Part shown: positions 42,100-55,398 of the stretch, in pieces | How positions within the stretch are numbered: the stretch's first letter is position 1 | How the letters are laid out: every line of letters starts with the position of its first letter | From: Octopus sinensis | Taxonomy: Eukaryota | Length of the DNA stretch: 64,000 nt | Assembly (NCBI RefSeq): GCF_006345805.1 | Contig: NC_043014.1 | Coordinates: 21,018,001 to 21,082,000, forward strand | Direction: 5' to 3' | Position numbers and translations under genes: made by a program | Notes under the pieces: model-generated | Database searches by the model: none | The model's input: only the letters and a program-made list of their open reading frames with translations | Told to the model about the DNA's origin: nothing

Positions 42100-43195
42100 C
42101 TTGATGGTGCCCATCTCCTCTGCAAGCAGTCAGTCTTTCAGTCTCAAAGCTAAAAGAAAAGGAGTACTGCAGAAGAGATATTTAACATTAGACTGCTCAC
42201 TGAGAAACATCTGCAATACCAGTCTGACCTTTATCACTATTTCATCAACTTCAAAAAACTTTTTGGCTCTGTTTAGCATGATGGATGATGAAGAATTACA
42301 ACTTCGACAACAACTTCATTGAAGTAATCCAACAAGCAGTGCTGTTCTCCTGAAGAACAACATTGGAGAATTCTTCAGGTCAACTGTGGGCATTCAACGG
42401 GGTTATCTCCTTTCTTCAGTACTTTCCAACATCTTTCTGAAGAACATCATGCAGGAGTTACTTCAAGACCCCCATTCCTCTATTTCCAACTTTGCTGATG
42501 ATACCCACTTGTTAGAAAACAGAACTACAGGAGCTCACTATTAGACTGGAAAAAATCTCTAGAGTATACGGAAAGGAGATCAGGCCAGAAAAGAGCAAAA
42601 TCATGGTTAACAGTAACAACCAACATTAGGTTAAATGAAGAGACTTAATGAAGTGGACACCTTGAAGTACTTAAGAGCCACTTTGACCAAGGACAGCAGA
42701 CCTCAAAGGGAGATGACAAGACTCAGTTTAGCCTCTGCTTCCATAAAGAAGCTGAACAATATATGGAAAAATAATTCCATTAGTTTTCCAACAAGACTCA
42801 GAATGTACAAAACGCTGATGATCCTTCTGTATGGGTATAAGAGCTGAACTCTTACAGGTGACATGGAGCGAAGAATCCAGGCATTTGAGCATATGTGCTT
42901 CGGAAGGTTGCTACACATTCTGTACAGCTTTGTCAGGCAGCAAGTCAACAAATACGCTACCAGACAAGAACCACTCCTTGTGCAGATAAAAAGACGAAAG
43001 CTTGCCTGCTACCGTCATTTATACTGCTACAACTCCCTATTCAAAAACCATTCTTCAGAGAAAATCCTTGTTTGACAGTATCAAAGCCTGAACAGGGCAA
43101 AACACAACAAAGCTGCTATGCATGAAAGAGAAGAGAGACCAGTCGTGAAAGCGTCAAGAATGGCATCCCAATGGCTGGCTGCATCTTTTAAGGGA
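42100..43195 (+). mobile_element. RTE-clade LINE fragment, decayed
   Basis: RSTAEEIFNIRLLTEKHLQ..FINFKK, NFADD, PEKSKIMVN, VDTLKYLRATL, ERRIQAFEHMCFGRLLHI. Confidence 0.85.
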
Positions 43196-43318
43196 TTTTA
43201 ATAATGATGTTAATGATGATGATGGTGATGATGACGACGACAACGACGACGGCGACGATGGTAATGATTATCATAATGATAATGATGATATAATTATGTG
43301 CATATGTGTACGTATATA

Positions 43319-43836
43319 CAGGTGTTGGATAAAATAATGGGAACACCTAGCATCATAGCATCATAATTTTGAAATATCTATAAAACCATAAAAAGCTTGT
43401 TCATTTTCATGTTTGTTGATTTATTATTAGTGTTGCTTAATATGTTTTTGCTAAAATTGTTGTTTCTTTTCAGATATCATCAGAAAAAAGCAATTAAAAT
43501 TCATTAAAATGACAGATCTATCGGACATTCAAAGAAGTCAAATAGTTGGTGCTCGTATGGCAGGCGCTAGCGTAACGAAAACAGCAGAGATGTTTGGTGC
43601 ATCAAGAAATACTGTCTCGAAAGTAATGACAGCCTTTGAGAAAGAGGGAAAACCCTCCTTATCGAAACAAAATTCTGGAAGAAAACCAAAACTCGGACTC
43701 TTAAGCGAATTGTTAGAAAAGATCACAAAAGAATAGCTCCCAGAATTACTGCAGGGCTTAATGACCACCTCGAGAACCCAGTTTCCACAAAAACCGTTCG
43801 CCGGGAGATGCACAAAGCCGGATTTCACTGGAGAGC
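43319..43836 (+). mobile_element. Tc1-family transposon 5' half (left TIR + paired-like HTH)
   Basis: TA|CAGGTGTTGGATAAAATAATGGGAACACC, MTDLSDIQRSQIVGARMAGASVTKTAEMFGASRNTVSKV..SGRKPKL, then frameshifted RTLKRIVRKD..VSTKTVRREMHKAGF. Confidence 0.9.
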
Positions 43837-43839
43837 GGC

Positions 43840-43871
<32 letters not shown>

Positions 43872-44235
43872 CAGTAGTAGTAGCAGTAGTAGTAGTAGTA
43901 TACAATGGTGATGAGTTATTGTGGTGATAGAGGTTCTGGTAATGATTGTGATTCTCGTGGCGGTTGCTTTGCTGTTGGCCCGGTGGTTATTGTACAGTCG
44001 CAGGTCAACTCTGATTGAGCAGAGCCATAACCTATCATGACGATCACGTGTTTTTGTGTATGTATTCTTATATAGACACAGGCGTTTGCTTCCCAGTCAC
44101 ATGATACCGGGTCAGTTTCACTACACGGCACTTGGGCAAGTGTCTTCTACTATAGCACTGGGTTGACCAAAGCCTGGGGGCGGTATTTTTAGAGGACGGA
44201 CACTGAAAGAAGCACGTCGTGTGTGCATATATATG

Positions 44236-44301
<66 letters not shown>

Positions 44302-44302
<1 letters not shown>

Positions 44303-44685
44303 TCTTTCATTTGCTTCAGTCATTTGACTGCAGAGCACCCCTTTCGTCGAGCAGGACTTATTCTTTGTAAGCATAGTACTTATTCTATCGATATCTTTTA
44401 CCGAACCGCCAAGTTACAGGGACGTAAACACACCAGCATCGGTTGTCTAGAGATGTTGGGAGGACAAACACAGACACACAAACACACACACACACACATA
44501 TATATATATTATATATATGTATATATACGACGGGCTTCTTTCAGTTTTCGTCTATCAAAGCCATTCATAAGGTCGGCCCGAGACTATAGTCGAAGACACT
44601 TGCCCAAGGTGCCACGCAGTGGTACTGAACCTGGAACCATGTGGTTGATAAGCAAACAACTTACCATACAGCTACTCTAGCGCCT
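44302..44685 (-). mobile_element. Family A SINE
   Basis: Aligns to the family consensus; first of two tandem copies. Confidence 0.85.
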
Positions 44686-44701
44686 ATATATATATATATA
44701 T

Positions 44702-44912
44702 ATTCTTTTTATTTTTTTAACTTTTTTCAGTCATTTGACTGCAGCCATGCTGGAGTACTGCCTTCTAGTCGAACAAATCAACCCCAGGACTTATTCGATT
44801 GGTCACTTTTGAAACCGCTAAGTCACTGGGACATAAACACACTAGCACCGGTTGTCAAGCGGTGATGGGGTGCAAACACTGACACGACAATACACACCAT
44901 AGATATATGTAT

Positions 44913-44985
<73 letters not shown>

Positions 44986-45148
44986 TCAGGCTTCCTTCAG
45001 TTTCCGTCTACCAAATCCTCTCACCATGCTTTGGTCGGCCCTAGGCTATAGTAGAAGACACTTGGCCCAAGGTGCCACGCAGCGGGAGTGAACCCGGAAC
45101 CATGTGGTTGGTAAGCAAGCTACTTACCACACAGCCACTCCTGCGCCT
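44702..45148 (-). mobile_element. Family A SINE
   Basis: Aligns to the family consensus; second tandem copy. Confidence 0.85.
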
Positions 45149-46330
45149 AATAAGCTGCGAGTGAGGGTTAAACAATTTGTTTTAGTTGAAGGAGATAACC
45201 AAACGTACCGATATTTCTCGTAAAACGTGGGGAGATAATCCAATTTTTTAATGGGGGTGAGATAATCAAAAGTACCAGCGTTTGTTCCCACTACCGCTTG
45301 ACAACCGGTTTTGGTGAGTTTACACCCCCGTAATGTAGCGGTTCGGCAAAAGCGACAGTTAGAATAAGTACCAAGCTTTAAAAAAAATAAAGTACTGCGG
45401 GCGATCAGTTCGACTAAAATTCTTCAGGGTGGTGCCCCAGCATGGTCGCAATCTAATGACTGAAACAAGTGAAAGATAAAGAAATTGAAAAGTGGCAGCT
45501 TAACAGAAATGATCCGATATGTGTTTCGTGTGTGTTATATATATCTTGATATATATAATAACATTTTCCAATTTACCATTCCTTTTAATACGGTATTGCA
45601 TGATTCAATAGAAATTTGGCATGTTGGTGATATTTGTGGTCGTGGTAGATATGGCGGTAGTTGTGGTGGGAGCTGTACTGATCGTAGTTTTGTGGTAGCC
45701 GTAGTGTTTGTCACTATCTCTTTTTCTTATCATCTATCTTACCCTCTCTCGCTCTCTCCCCATCTCTTTCTCTCTCTCTCTCTCTCACTATCCCTCTCTC
45801 TCAACCCTCTGTTTTAGTTTTATTCTTTATCTACCCTTCTCTCTACTTCTAATTCCTCTCTTTTGCTCCGCTGCTTTAACTCTAACCACTCCTTTCATTC
45901 ATATCTTGAATTTAGTCTTCTTTCTCTCTAACTCTTTGTACTACTCATTTTACTCTTTCCCTTCACTCATATGTTAGTATTACTTTTTTTTTTCTACTGC
46001 CATTTAATAGCTGTGTCATTTCAGCAAACAGATGTGTAAATGTAGAATTAGGGACATGTCCCCACTTCACAGTTTCGTTAATTTGGAAGAGATGACTTGA
46101 TGAAGTGACAATAGTGGGAGAACGGCGGCAGAAAATAGAGATTAACAATTGGTGAAGCAGCCATCTGGGCAAATGTTTGTCGTCTGCTCTCCGGGTTATC
46201 ATTCATTACCCTCTCTCCACCTATTTGTCTCCCCTTCTCTCTCACCCTCTCTGTTGAAGATTCTCTTAAAGACTCGTATCTGTGTATCTGTCCGACTGTG
46301 TTTGTCGGTGAACGAAAGTTCCTACATATA

Positions 46331-46362
<32 letters not shown>

Positions 46363-46399
46363 GAGAGAGAGAGAGAGAGAGAGAGGGAGGGAGGGAGGG

Positions 46400-46437
<38 letters not shown>

Positions 46438-46531
46438 TCAACCTGTGTTATACACATGTTATTTAGAAATACATCTTAATACATACATACATACATACAT
46501 ACATGCACACACATGTATATGTGTGTGTGTG

Positions 46532-46574
<43 letters not shown>

Positions 46575-47434
46575 AGTTTCTAGTAAAATTGTTTCTCTTT
46601 CTGACTGTATAACTATCTATCTGGCCATCTATTTAGCTGTTTATCTCTTTTCGTCGCCGTTTATCTTTATTTTTCCTTCCCTCACTTTCAGTCTATATGT
46701 ATCTATTTCCTTCACCCCTCCATCCCCCCTCTCTCTCTCTCCTACGTCTCTAATCAGTGACATCTCTCCCTTCCACCAATATACTATCTACACCTCTGCC
46801 TTCTACCACCGTGTTATCTACGCCTCTCCCTACCGCTTCCCTACTATCACTCTAATATCATTAGGTCGTCAGTTCGTGCCGACTTCTACAAGAGGTTGTA
46901 TTCTCTATTCATTGACCCCTAACTGCCTGCTGTGTCTCTTAATTTCAAACCGTTAATCAGGCTCTCTTAGTTGGGTGACGGTACAGGCGTGGACTGATGA
47001 AGGATGTAGGGAAGGGGTTAGAAATTCAGCAACAATAACTCACAGGGGTGCATTCTTCACTTAATGCTTATGAAGCAACTGTACATCTACGCCACCACCA
47101 CAATTATTACTAATACTTCCACGACCATCACCACAACCACCACCACCAAAGTACAATTAACACAATAACAAATAACGTTTATACCAAGACCAACACCGAT
47201 ACAAAAATCAACGCACTAAAAATACTACCACCACCACCACCACAACCAACCACAATGCCACTATCATCACCACCTCCACAACAACACAATACCTTTATTT
47301 AAATAACAACAACACTTTTACAAAACCTAAACCAACAACACCTCCCAGTAGTACGGGTAAACGAGGGAGCTTCTCAGTAGACGGTTGATATTCTATAAAT
47401 TATAGCCAAATATCCTTCAAATCACAATATATGG

Positions 47435-47663
47435 CAGTGGTTCTCAACAATTTTTGTCTATGGAGCCCTTTGATTCCTGTTTTACTCTAATGGACCCATA
47501 TAGTTATTCGTTGTTTAAAAATGCCCCGATATATTTTTATAATTAAAATATTATTAGGAATTGTATTAAAAAGAAAAGTTGAAATATTTTAGAAGAGTTA
47601 CCAATTTATTGTATGTAAATTTGAACAGCAAAATCTTTTATGGATCCCGGTCGAGAACCAGCG
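47435..47663. mobile_element. hAT/Charlie-type MITE (~230 bp)
   Basis: Termini CAGTGGTTCTCAAC ... GTCGAGAACCAGCG form an imperfect TIR. No clear 8-bp TSD. Confidence 0.65.
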
Positions 47664-47691
47664 AATTCTATGCTCTTCAAAAAATATATAC

Positions 47692-48090
47692 ATTGGTGGT
47701 TGTGTTGTAAGAAGCTTGCTTCCCAACCACATGGTTCCGGGTTCAGTACCACTGTGTGGCAGCTTGAGCAAGTGTCTTCTACTATAGCCTCAGACCGACC
47801 AAAGTCTTGTGAATCGAGTTGATAAACGGAAACTGAAAGAAGCCCTTCGTATATGTGTGTGTGTTTTTGAGTGTATGTCATTGTGTCTGAATTTGTACCC
47901 CACCACCACCACCATCGCTTGACAACCGGTGTTGGTGTGTTTACGTCCCCGTAACTTAGCGTTTCGACCAAATGACTGATAGAATAAGTACTAGGCTTAC
48001 TAAGAACAAGTCCTGTGGTCGATTTCTTCGATTAAAACCCTTTAAGGCGATGCTCCAGCATGGCTGCAGTCAAATAACTGAAACAGCTAA
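47692..48090 (+). mobile_element. Family A SINE (variant)
   Basis: Head, central domain and tail all align to 3061-3537. Confidence 0.85.
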
Positions 48091-48898
48091 AAGAATAAAA
48101 CAATTTGACTTTTTAAATAGACGGGATGGTCAAGGCTGGAATGCTCAGTCATGGCTGACCTAGGGTTAAACAGCAACTATTACAACATGAACAATAACAA
48201 GAAAAATCCACACTGCTCCAATAACAATTGAACCAACACTACAAACATCACAGCGACCAACACAAACTACCACTGCGACCACTGCAATGAAGCACCACCA
48301 CCACCACCTCCAATACCACCACAAATCACCATCACGACTACTAATAATACAACAACAATAACAACAATACTATAATTAACATCACCACCAACAACACCGT
48401 CACCGCTAAGATTGCAATACCACAACGGCAACAACAAAAAATAAAATAAAATAAAAACAATCGAAAGTATACCATAAGCAGAAACAAAACTACCATCGCG
48501 ACTGCTACCAACAGTCAACCACCACCACCACAATTACCTCCACCAACCACCAATACTTAATTAAAACCTTCACTAATCCCCTCCCACCATCACCAGTGCC
48601 ATCAACGTCATCACTTTTCCAGCCACTCTAACATTTATTTCACAAAACAAAAATTACATTAAATAAACGAATTCTTAAATAGAATTAAACTAAGCGGATG
48701 AGGTGAGGGGTAGGCTAATGGGGGTTAGGAGGGGGTCAGATCTGTGTGTGTGTGTGTCTGGGTACGTGTGTGTGTGTAACGTGTGTGTGTGTGCGTGTGT
48801 TCCTGCGTGTGTGTGTAAGGAGCTGAAATAGCGTAAAAGACGGGTGAATTAGTAACATAGTTTAGAAGGTAAATTAATGGTAGAGTGTCATACAACAC

Positions 48899-48940
<42 letters not shown>

Positions 48941-48973
48941 CATGCAGACATACATACATATGTACGCATATAT

Positions 48974-49019
<46 letters not shown>

Positions 49020-49031
49020 TATATATATTAT

Positions 49032-49067
<36 letters not shown>

Positions 49068-49239
49068 GGTTAGAAAATGAGATCAGGGGTTGAAAATTCA
49101 ACCCACCATGGGAAATATATATCCAATATCCTGCTAGATAGGTACCCAACAAATTTAATACATAGATGTTAACAATTGTCAAACATCAGTTCATCTATTG
49201 CATTATATGGGTAAAGGTAATAATATTACCGTAAATTAA

Positions 49240-49899
49240 TACTACAAAAATTAGAGAATGGAGAAATATACTTAAATCAGTAAAACATCAACTATCCGAT
49301 GATACTCAATCCAGACTTTCAATATAAAACCATACATATGAGTAAAGGCAATACATAAAATGAAATGAGATTACAGTAATAGTAAAAGATAAAGAGATAT
49401 AAGTAAAAAATTTTTTCAAATATAATATGCAAATAAATCAAAACTGACAGCTTGTTTCGGCAGTGAGGACAGTCATACCTCATTTAACTATAAGCCATAA
49501 GGCAGGTATAAATGAGGCATTTACAAGGATGCCCCACGGCCTCTTCAGAGAATTAAATTAATTTGTTATAATAGTGAAAAATATTATACAATCATATACA
49601 TATAAATATAAAATTTAAAAAAATAAAATAAAAAAACTTATACATCATAAAGCTACACTTATATAATATACTACACATTTGTACAAAAAAGGAAAGCAAA
49701 CAGAACAAATAAAACAAAATATATAATAGTGTATATATTAATATCAATAAGTACCGATATTATACATATTTGGCTAGTAGTTTTTTATATATAAAAAAAG
49801 GGCTAACATATATGGATGGAAAATAATAATAATCCGTGGTATAGTTCATAAGATACTAAAGCTATAAAGTTAATAAAAATTACTATTAATAATAATAAT

Positions 49900-49931
<32 letters not shown>

Positions 49932-50055
49932 TAATAATAAAAAAATAGTACAGTTAAGTTGCACCAAGTCCATCCTTACAAGATCGAACGATCTTGTAAG
50001 GATGGACTTGGTGCTAACTTAACTGTATCTATTTTTTTTTTATTATATTTTTTTA

Positions 50056-50095
<40 letters not shown>

Positions 50096-50743
50096 AGTAA
50101 TTTTTATTAACTTTTATAGCTTTAGTATCTTATAACTATACCACGGATTTATTTATTATTTTCCATCTCCATATATGTTAGACCCTTTTTTTTTATATAT
50201 AAAAACTACTAGCCAAATATAATAATATCGGTACTTATTGATTTAATATATACACTATTATATATTTTGTTTTATTTTGTTCTGTTTGCTTTCCTTTTTG
50301 TACAAATTGTAGTATATTATAAGTGTAGCTTTATGATGTATAAGTTTTTATATTTTATTTTTTTAAATTTTTATATTTATATTAATATGACTGTATAATA
50401 TTTTTCACTATATAACAAATTTAATTTAATTCTCTGAAGAGGCCGTGGGGCATCCTTGTTAATGCCTCATTTATACCTGCCTTTATGGCTTATAGGTTAA
50501 ATGAGGTATGACTGTCCTCACTGCCGAAACAGCTGTCAGTTTTGATTTATTTGCATATTTATATTTGAAAAAAATTTTTTACTTATATCTCTTTATCTTT
50601 TTACTATTACTTGTATATCTCATTTCTTTTATGTATTGCCTTTACCATATGTAATGGTGTATTAAAGTATGGATTGAGTATCATCGGATAGTTGATGTTT
50701 TACTGATTTAAGTATATTTCTCCATTCTCTAATTTTGTAGTAT
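49240..50743. repeat. ~1.5-kb near-perfect palindrome (arms ~745 bp, 2-nt loop at 49987-49988)
   Basis: Centre reads ccttacaagatcg-aa-cgatcttgtaagg. The arms match out to tactacaaaa/ttttgtagta. Confidence 0.95.
50431..50540 (+). ncRNA. Hammerhead-like motif with extended stem II, in the right arm of the long palindrome
   Basis: CTGAAGA-GGC..(gtgggg/cctcac; cctcattta/taaatgagg)..GCC-GAAA-CAGCTG-TC, giving palindromic stem III ACAGCTGT and a GUC triplet. The mirror copy is at 49443-49551 on the minus strand. Confidence 0.65.
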
Positions 50744-50771
50744 ATTATATATATATATATTATGTATGGAT

Positions 50772-51598
50772 CTTACCTATCTTGGCTCTACCGTCACCAC
50801 ACCACCTATCCCTTGACGCTGAGCTCAATATTACGCATTGGCAAGGCAGTGCTGCGATGGCCCAACTCTCCAAACGGGTATGGGACAACAATAAGCTGAC
50901 CAAGACTACGAAAATGAAGATCTACCAGGCATGAGTACTTAGCACTCTACTGTATGGAAGTGAAACTTGGACGCTATACACACGCCAAGAGCGTCGCCTA
51001 AATATCTTTCATCTGCGCTGCCTCCGGAAAATCCTCCGCATCAATTGGCAGAATCATATCCCCTACAAAGATGTCCTCAAGCAAGCAGGAAAACCAAGCA
51101 TGTTTGCACTCCTCACACAAAGACGCATGAGATGGCTTGGGCATGTTAGCCGTATGAAAGATGGCAGAATCCCCAAGGACATACTCTACGGAGAGCTTGC
51201 TAGGGGTAGTAGGTCTGTGGGTAGACCGTTCTTACGTTACAAGGATGTTTGCAAAACGGACATGAAGGCCTGCAACATCAATATTAGCGGTTGGGAAGCA
51301 ATTGCCAGCAACCGTGGAGATTGGCGACGTACCGTAAAAGAGGGAATACAAAGGAGTGACAGAGAGGAGAAATGGAAGAACAAGAAAGAACGTGTCAACA
51401 AGAAACTATGACATTACAACCAGCCAGGAACAGTCTTCGCTACATTTGCGGTACCTGCCCAGGGAGTGTTTGTCCAGGATAGGACTACACAGCCACAGCA
51501 GGAAGTGTATCAGGACATGAAATGTAAAAGCCGGACTGGACTATTTTATGCGCAACTCCATTGTCTCCCGAGACAAAAAGGATGCCAACAACAACAAC
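50772..51598 (+). mobile_element. RTE-BovB-like LINE 3' fragment with (CAA)n tail
   Basis: YLGSTV, VLSTLLYGSETW, RRMRWLGHVSRMKDGRIPKDILYGEL..GRPFLRYKD. The 3' end reads ccattgtctcccgagac..gccaacaacaacaac. Confidence 0.93.
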
Positions 51599-51657
51599 AT
51601 ATATAGATGTATGTATGTATGTATGTATGTATGTATGTATGTATGTATGTATGTATG

Positions 51658-51693
<36 letters not shown>

Positions 51694-51774
51694 CAACAAT
51701 TGAGGGTAAAATTAATTAATTATTAATCAATTTCACCAAGTATTCAGTATGCAAAGGCGAATTCAAATTATTAC

Positions 51775-52030
51775 ATTATATAAAAGGGCTTAGTAAAATA
51801 AATTACTTTGCCGCATACTGAACTCATTAGAAATAGTAGCTAAAAAAAACTTTTTTAAAACTATTTCTAATACTTAAAGAAAACCTCTCTCTCGTGAGTT
51901 GAATTGAGCAAACACTATATGAGAGAGGTTTTCTTTAAGTATTAGAATAGTTTTAAAAAGTTTTTTTAGCTACTATTTCTAATGAGTTCAGTATGCGGCA
52001 AAGTAATTTATTTTACTAAGCCCTTTTATA

Positions 52031-52034
<4 letters not shown>
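51775..52034. repeat. Foldback element, arms ~115 bp, 29-bp spacer
   Basis: 51775-51891 is the reverse complement of 51921-52034. (AT)n lies on both sides. Confidence 0.95.
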
Positions 52035-52078
<44 letters not shown>

Positions 52079-52532
52079 CACTTATACATATATGTGTGTG
52101 TGTCTATTAATATATGGTGTACATATGTACATACACTTTAGAGCACTGCCTTGAGTTTTGTCATCCTATTAACCCCACTTATCTTGACGGTCTAAATAAC
52201 GCATGTACACATACAAATATATGCATACCAACATTCATACATACATACATACATACATACATACATACATACATACATACATACATGCATACACACAAAC
52301 ACATTTGCACTCATATGTGTGTGTGTGTGTGCGCGCGCGTATGTGTGTGTCAGTGTGCCTGTGTGTGCATACATGCACACATATACGCACACACATGTGA
52401 CGGGCTTCTGCGCAGTTTTGCGTTTACCAGTTTCACTCACAGACCATTGTTCAGTCCGAAGTTAAAAGATACCTTTCCAACTTGTCGCGCAGAGATTTTG
52501 GGGTTCACGTGGTTACGAAACTAAATCTACAG

Positions 52533-52587
<55 letters not shown>

Positions 52588-52789
52588 CGTGTGTGTGTGT
52601 GTGTGCGTGTGTATGTGTTTGTGTGTGTGTGTGCGTGCGTATGTATGTCAGTGAGTGTGTGAGTGTGTGTGTATGTGTGTATGTGTGTATTTATACACAT
52701 CCACACACACATATATAAGCATACATGCATACATATGTACATATACAAATATCTATGTGTGTATGTATATAAATATATATTGTGGCTCT

Positions 52790-52928
52790 GTGGAAAGAAA
52801 CTTGCTTCCCAACCACATGAGTCCTGGTTCAGTTGAACTGCGTGGCACCTTGGAGCCGACCAAAGCCTTGTGAGTGTATTTGGTAGAAGGAAATTGAAAG
52901 AAGCCCATGTATATATGTGTGTGTCTGT

Positions 52929-52976
<48 letters not shown>

Positions 52977-53175
52977 TGTCCCCCCCCCCACCATCGCTTT
53001 ACAACCGATGTTGATGTGTTCACCTCCACGTAACTTAGCGGTTCGGCCAAAGATACCGATAAGAACAAGTACTAGGCTTACAATGAATAAGTCCTGCGGT
53101 CGATTTGTTCGATTAAAGGCGGTGCTCCATCATGGCCGTAGTCAAATGACTGAAACAAGTAAAAGAATAAAAGAA
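52790..53175 (+). mobile_element. Family A SINE (diverged)
   Basis: Aligns to the family. Further partial copies lie at ~1790-1895, 15850-15945, 30210-30362, 34690-34835, 44100-44225, 45285-45480, 52395-52520 and 56430-56558. Confidence 0.8.
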
Positions 53176-53201
53176 TATATACACAGACTGTATATCTATA
53201 A

Positions 53202-53267
<66 letters not shown>

Positions 53268-53380
53268 AAGTTAATCCAAACAAGAACACAGAAAAAAGAG
53301 AGAAAAAAGAGAAAAAAACACCAGCAACGCAGGACGTGGAACAATTAAAGTATTATTGACGCTCAGGAAAGAAGTGAGGG

Positions 53381-53415
53381 GTTTAACGTTTCGAGCGGAG
53401 CTCTTCGTCGGAAAC
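53381..53415 (-). ncRNA. Minimal hammerhead-like motif, same family as 13161-13195 (U4>C variant)
   Basis: Minus strand reads gttt-CCGACGA-A-GAGC-tcc-GCTC-GAAA-CG-TT-aaac. The surrounding ~190 bp align with 13100-13290. Confidence 0.55.
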
Positions 53416-53496
53416 AAGGAGAAGGAAAGATCCCAAGGAGGGAAGACAGAGGGGACAATATTTGAGCTGGTGGCTTAAGAGATCACATGTTGAGAT

Positions 53497-53549
<53 letters not shown>

Positions 53550-53596
53550 ATATAAAATCTGTTCAGTCTGTCTGTGTGTGTATCTTCTAGGATCTT

Positions 53597-55398
53597 GAAG
53601 TTGACCGTCTTTAGTTCAGCGCAGGAAAAGTTAACCGTCATCAGTTCACTGCATGGAAAGGTCACCGCCATCAGTTCACCGCGGGGAAAGTTAAACGTCA
53701 TCACTTCACCACAAGAAAAGTCCACCATCATCAGTTCACCGCAGGGAAAGTTTACCGTCATCAGTTCACTACAGGGAAAGTTCACCGTCATCAGTTCACT
53801 GCAGGGAAAGTTCACCGACATCAATACAACGCAGGGGAAGTTCACCGTCATCAATCCACCGCAGGAGAAGATCTCTGTCATCAGTTCACGGCAGGGAAAC
53901 TTAACCATCATCAGTTCACCGCAGGGAAATTTCACCATCTTCAACTCACCGTAGGGTAAGTTCACCGACATCAATTCAACGTAGAGGAAGTTCACCGTCA
54001 TTAGTTCACCGCAGGGCAAGTTAACCGTCAGTATTTCCCCGCAGAGAAAGTTCACCGTCATCAATTCACAGCAGGGGAAGGTCACCGTCATAAGTTCACT
54101 GCAGGGGTAGTTCAACTTCATCAGGTCAGCAGAGGGAAAATTTACCGTCATCAGTTCACCACAGGGAACATTCACCATCTAGTTTCCAATCATTTTATCG
54201 GTCATGTTTGAGTCAGCATGTCCAGCAAAGTTAAATGCCATCAATTCACTACGGAAAGTTTACTGTTGTCAAATCATCGTGGGGAGAGTTCACCGTCATC
54301 AGTTCACCGTAGGGTAACTTCACAGATATCAATTCAACGCAGAAGTTCACTTTCATCAAATCACAGCAGGGGAAGTTCACCGCCACCAGTTCACCGCAGG
54401 GAAAGTTAAACGTCATCACTTCACCACAGGGAAAGTTCCGCGTCATCAATTCACCGCAGAGGAAGTTCACCGTCATCAGTTTACCGCAGGGAAAGTTTAC
54501 CGCCAGCAATTTACCACAGGTATAGTTCACCGTCATTAGTTCACCACAGGGAAATTTCACCGCCATCAGTTCGCCACAGGGAAAGTTTACCCTCATCATT
54601 TCACTGCAGTGGAAGTTCACCGTCATCACTTCACCGCAGGAAAAGTTCAACGCCATCAGTTCCATCAAGGAACTTCACCGGCATCAAATCATCGCAGGGG
54701 AAGTTCACCGTCATCAGTTCACAGCATGGGTATTTCACTGTCATCACTTCACCGCACGGAAAGTTCAGCGTCATCATTTCATCGCTGGGGAAGTCTATCG
54801 TCATCAGTTCACTGCAGGGAAAGTTTACCATCATGACTTCAATCAAGGAATATTCACCGGCATCAAATCACCTCAGTGGACGTTCACCGTCATCAGTTCA
54901 CCGCAGTAAAGGTTCACCTCATCAGTTCAGCGCAGGGGAAGCTCACCCGCATCAAATCACCGCAGGGGAAGTTCAAGACATTAATTCACTGCAGGGATAG
55001 TTCACCGTCATCAGTTCACCGCAGGGAAATTCAGCGTCATCGATTCACCGCAGGAAAAGTTCACCGTTATCAGTTCACCGCACGAAAAGTTCACCGTCAG
55101 CAGTTCATCGCTGGGGAAGTCCACCGTCATCAGTTCACTACAGGAAAAGTTCACCGTCATCAAATCACCGCAAAGGAAATTCACACTCATCTGTTCACCG
55201 TCATAAATTTGCCGCAAGGAAAGTTCACCGTCATCAGTTCACCGCTGGGGAAGTTCACCGTCATCATTTCACCGCTGGGGAAGTTCACCGTCATCATTTC
55301 GCCACAGGGAAAATTCACCGTCATCAGTTCATCGCAGGCAAAGTCCACCGTCATCATTTCCTCGCAGGGAAAGTTAACCACTATCAATCAATTCACCG
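53597..55398. repeat. 30-bp minisatellite, about 60 diverged units (consensus gcagggaaagttcaccgtcatcagttcacc)
   Basis: Periodicity is visible directly. It translates as (VNFPCGELMT)n on minus and (QGKFTVISSP)n on plus. Interrupted at ~54180-54225. Confidence 0.95.

Noticed and set aside
53597-55398. 30-bp periodic array as a CRISPR array
   Set aside because: The units are contiguous with no unique spacers, the context is eukaryotic and there are no cas genes.
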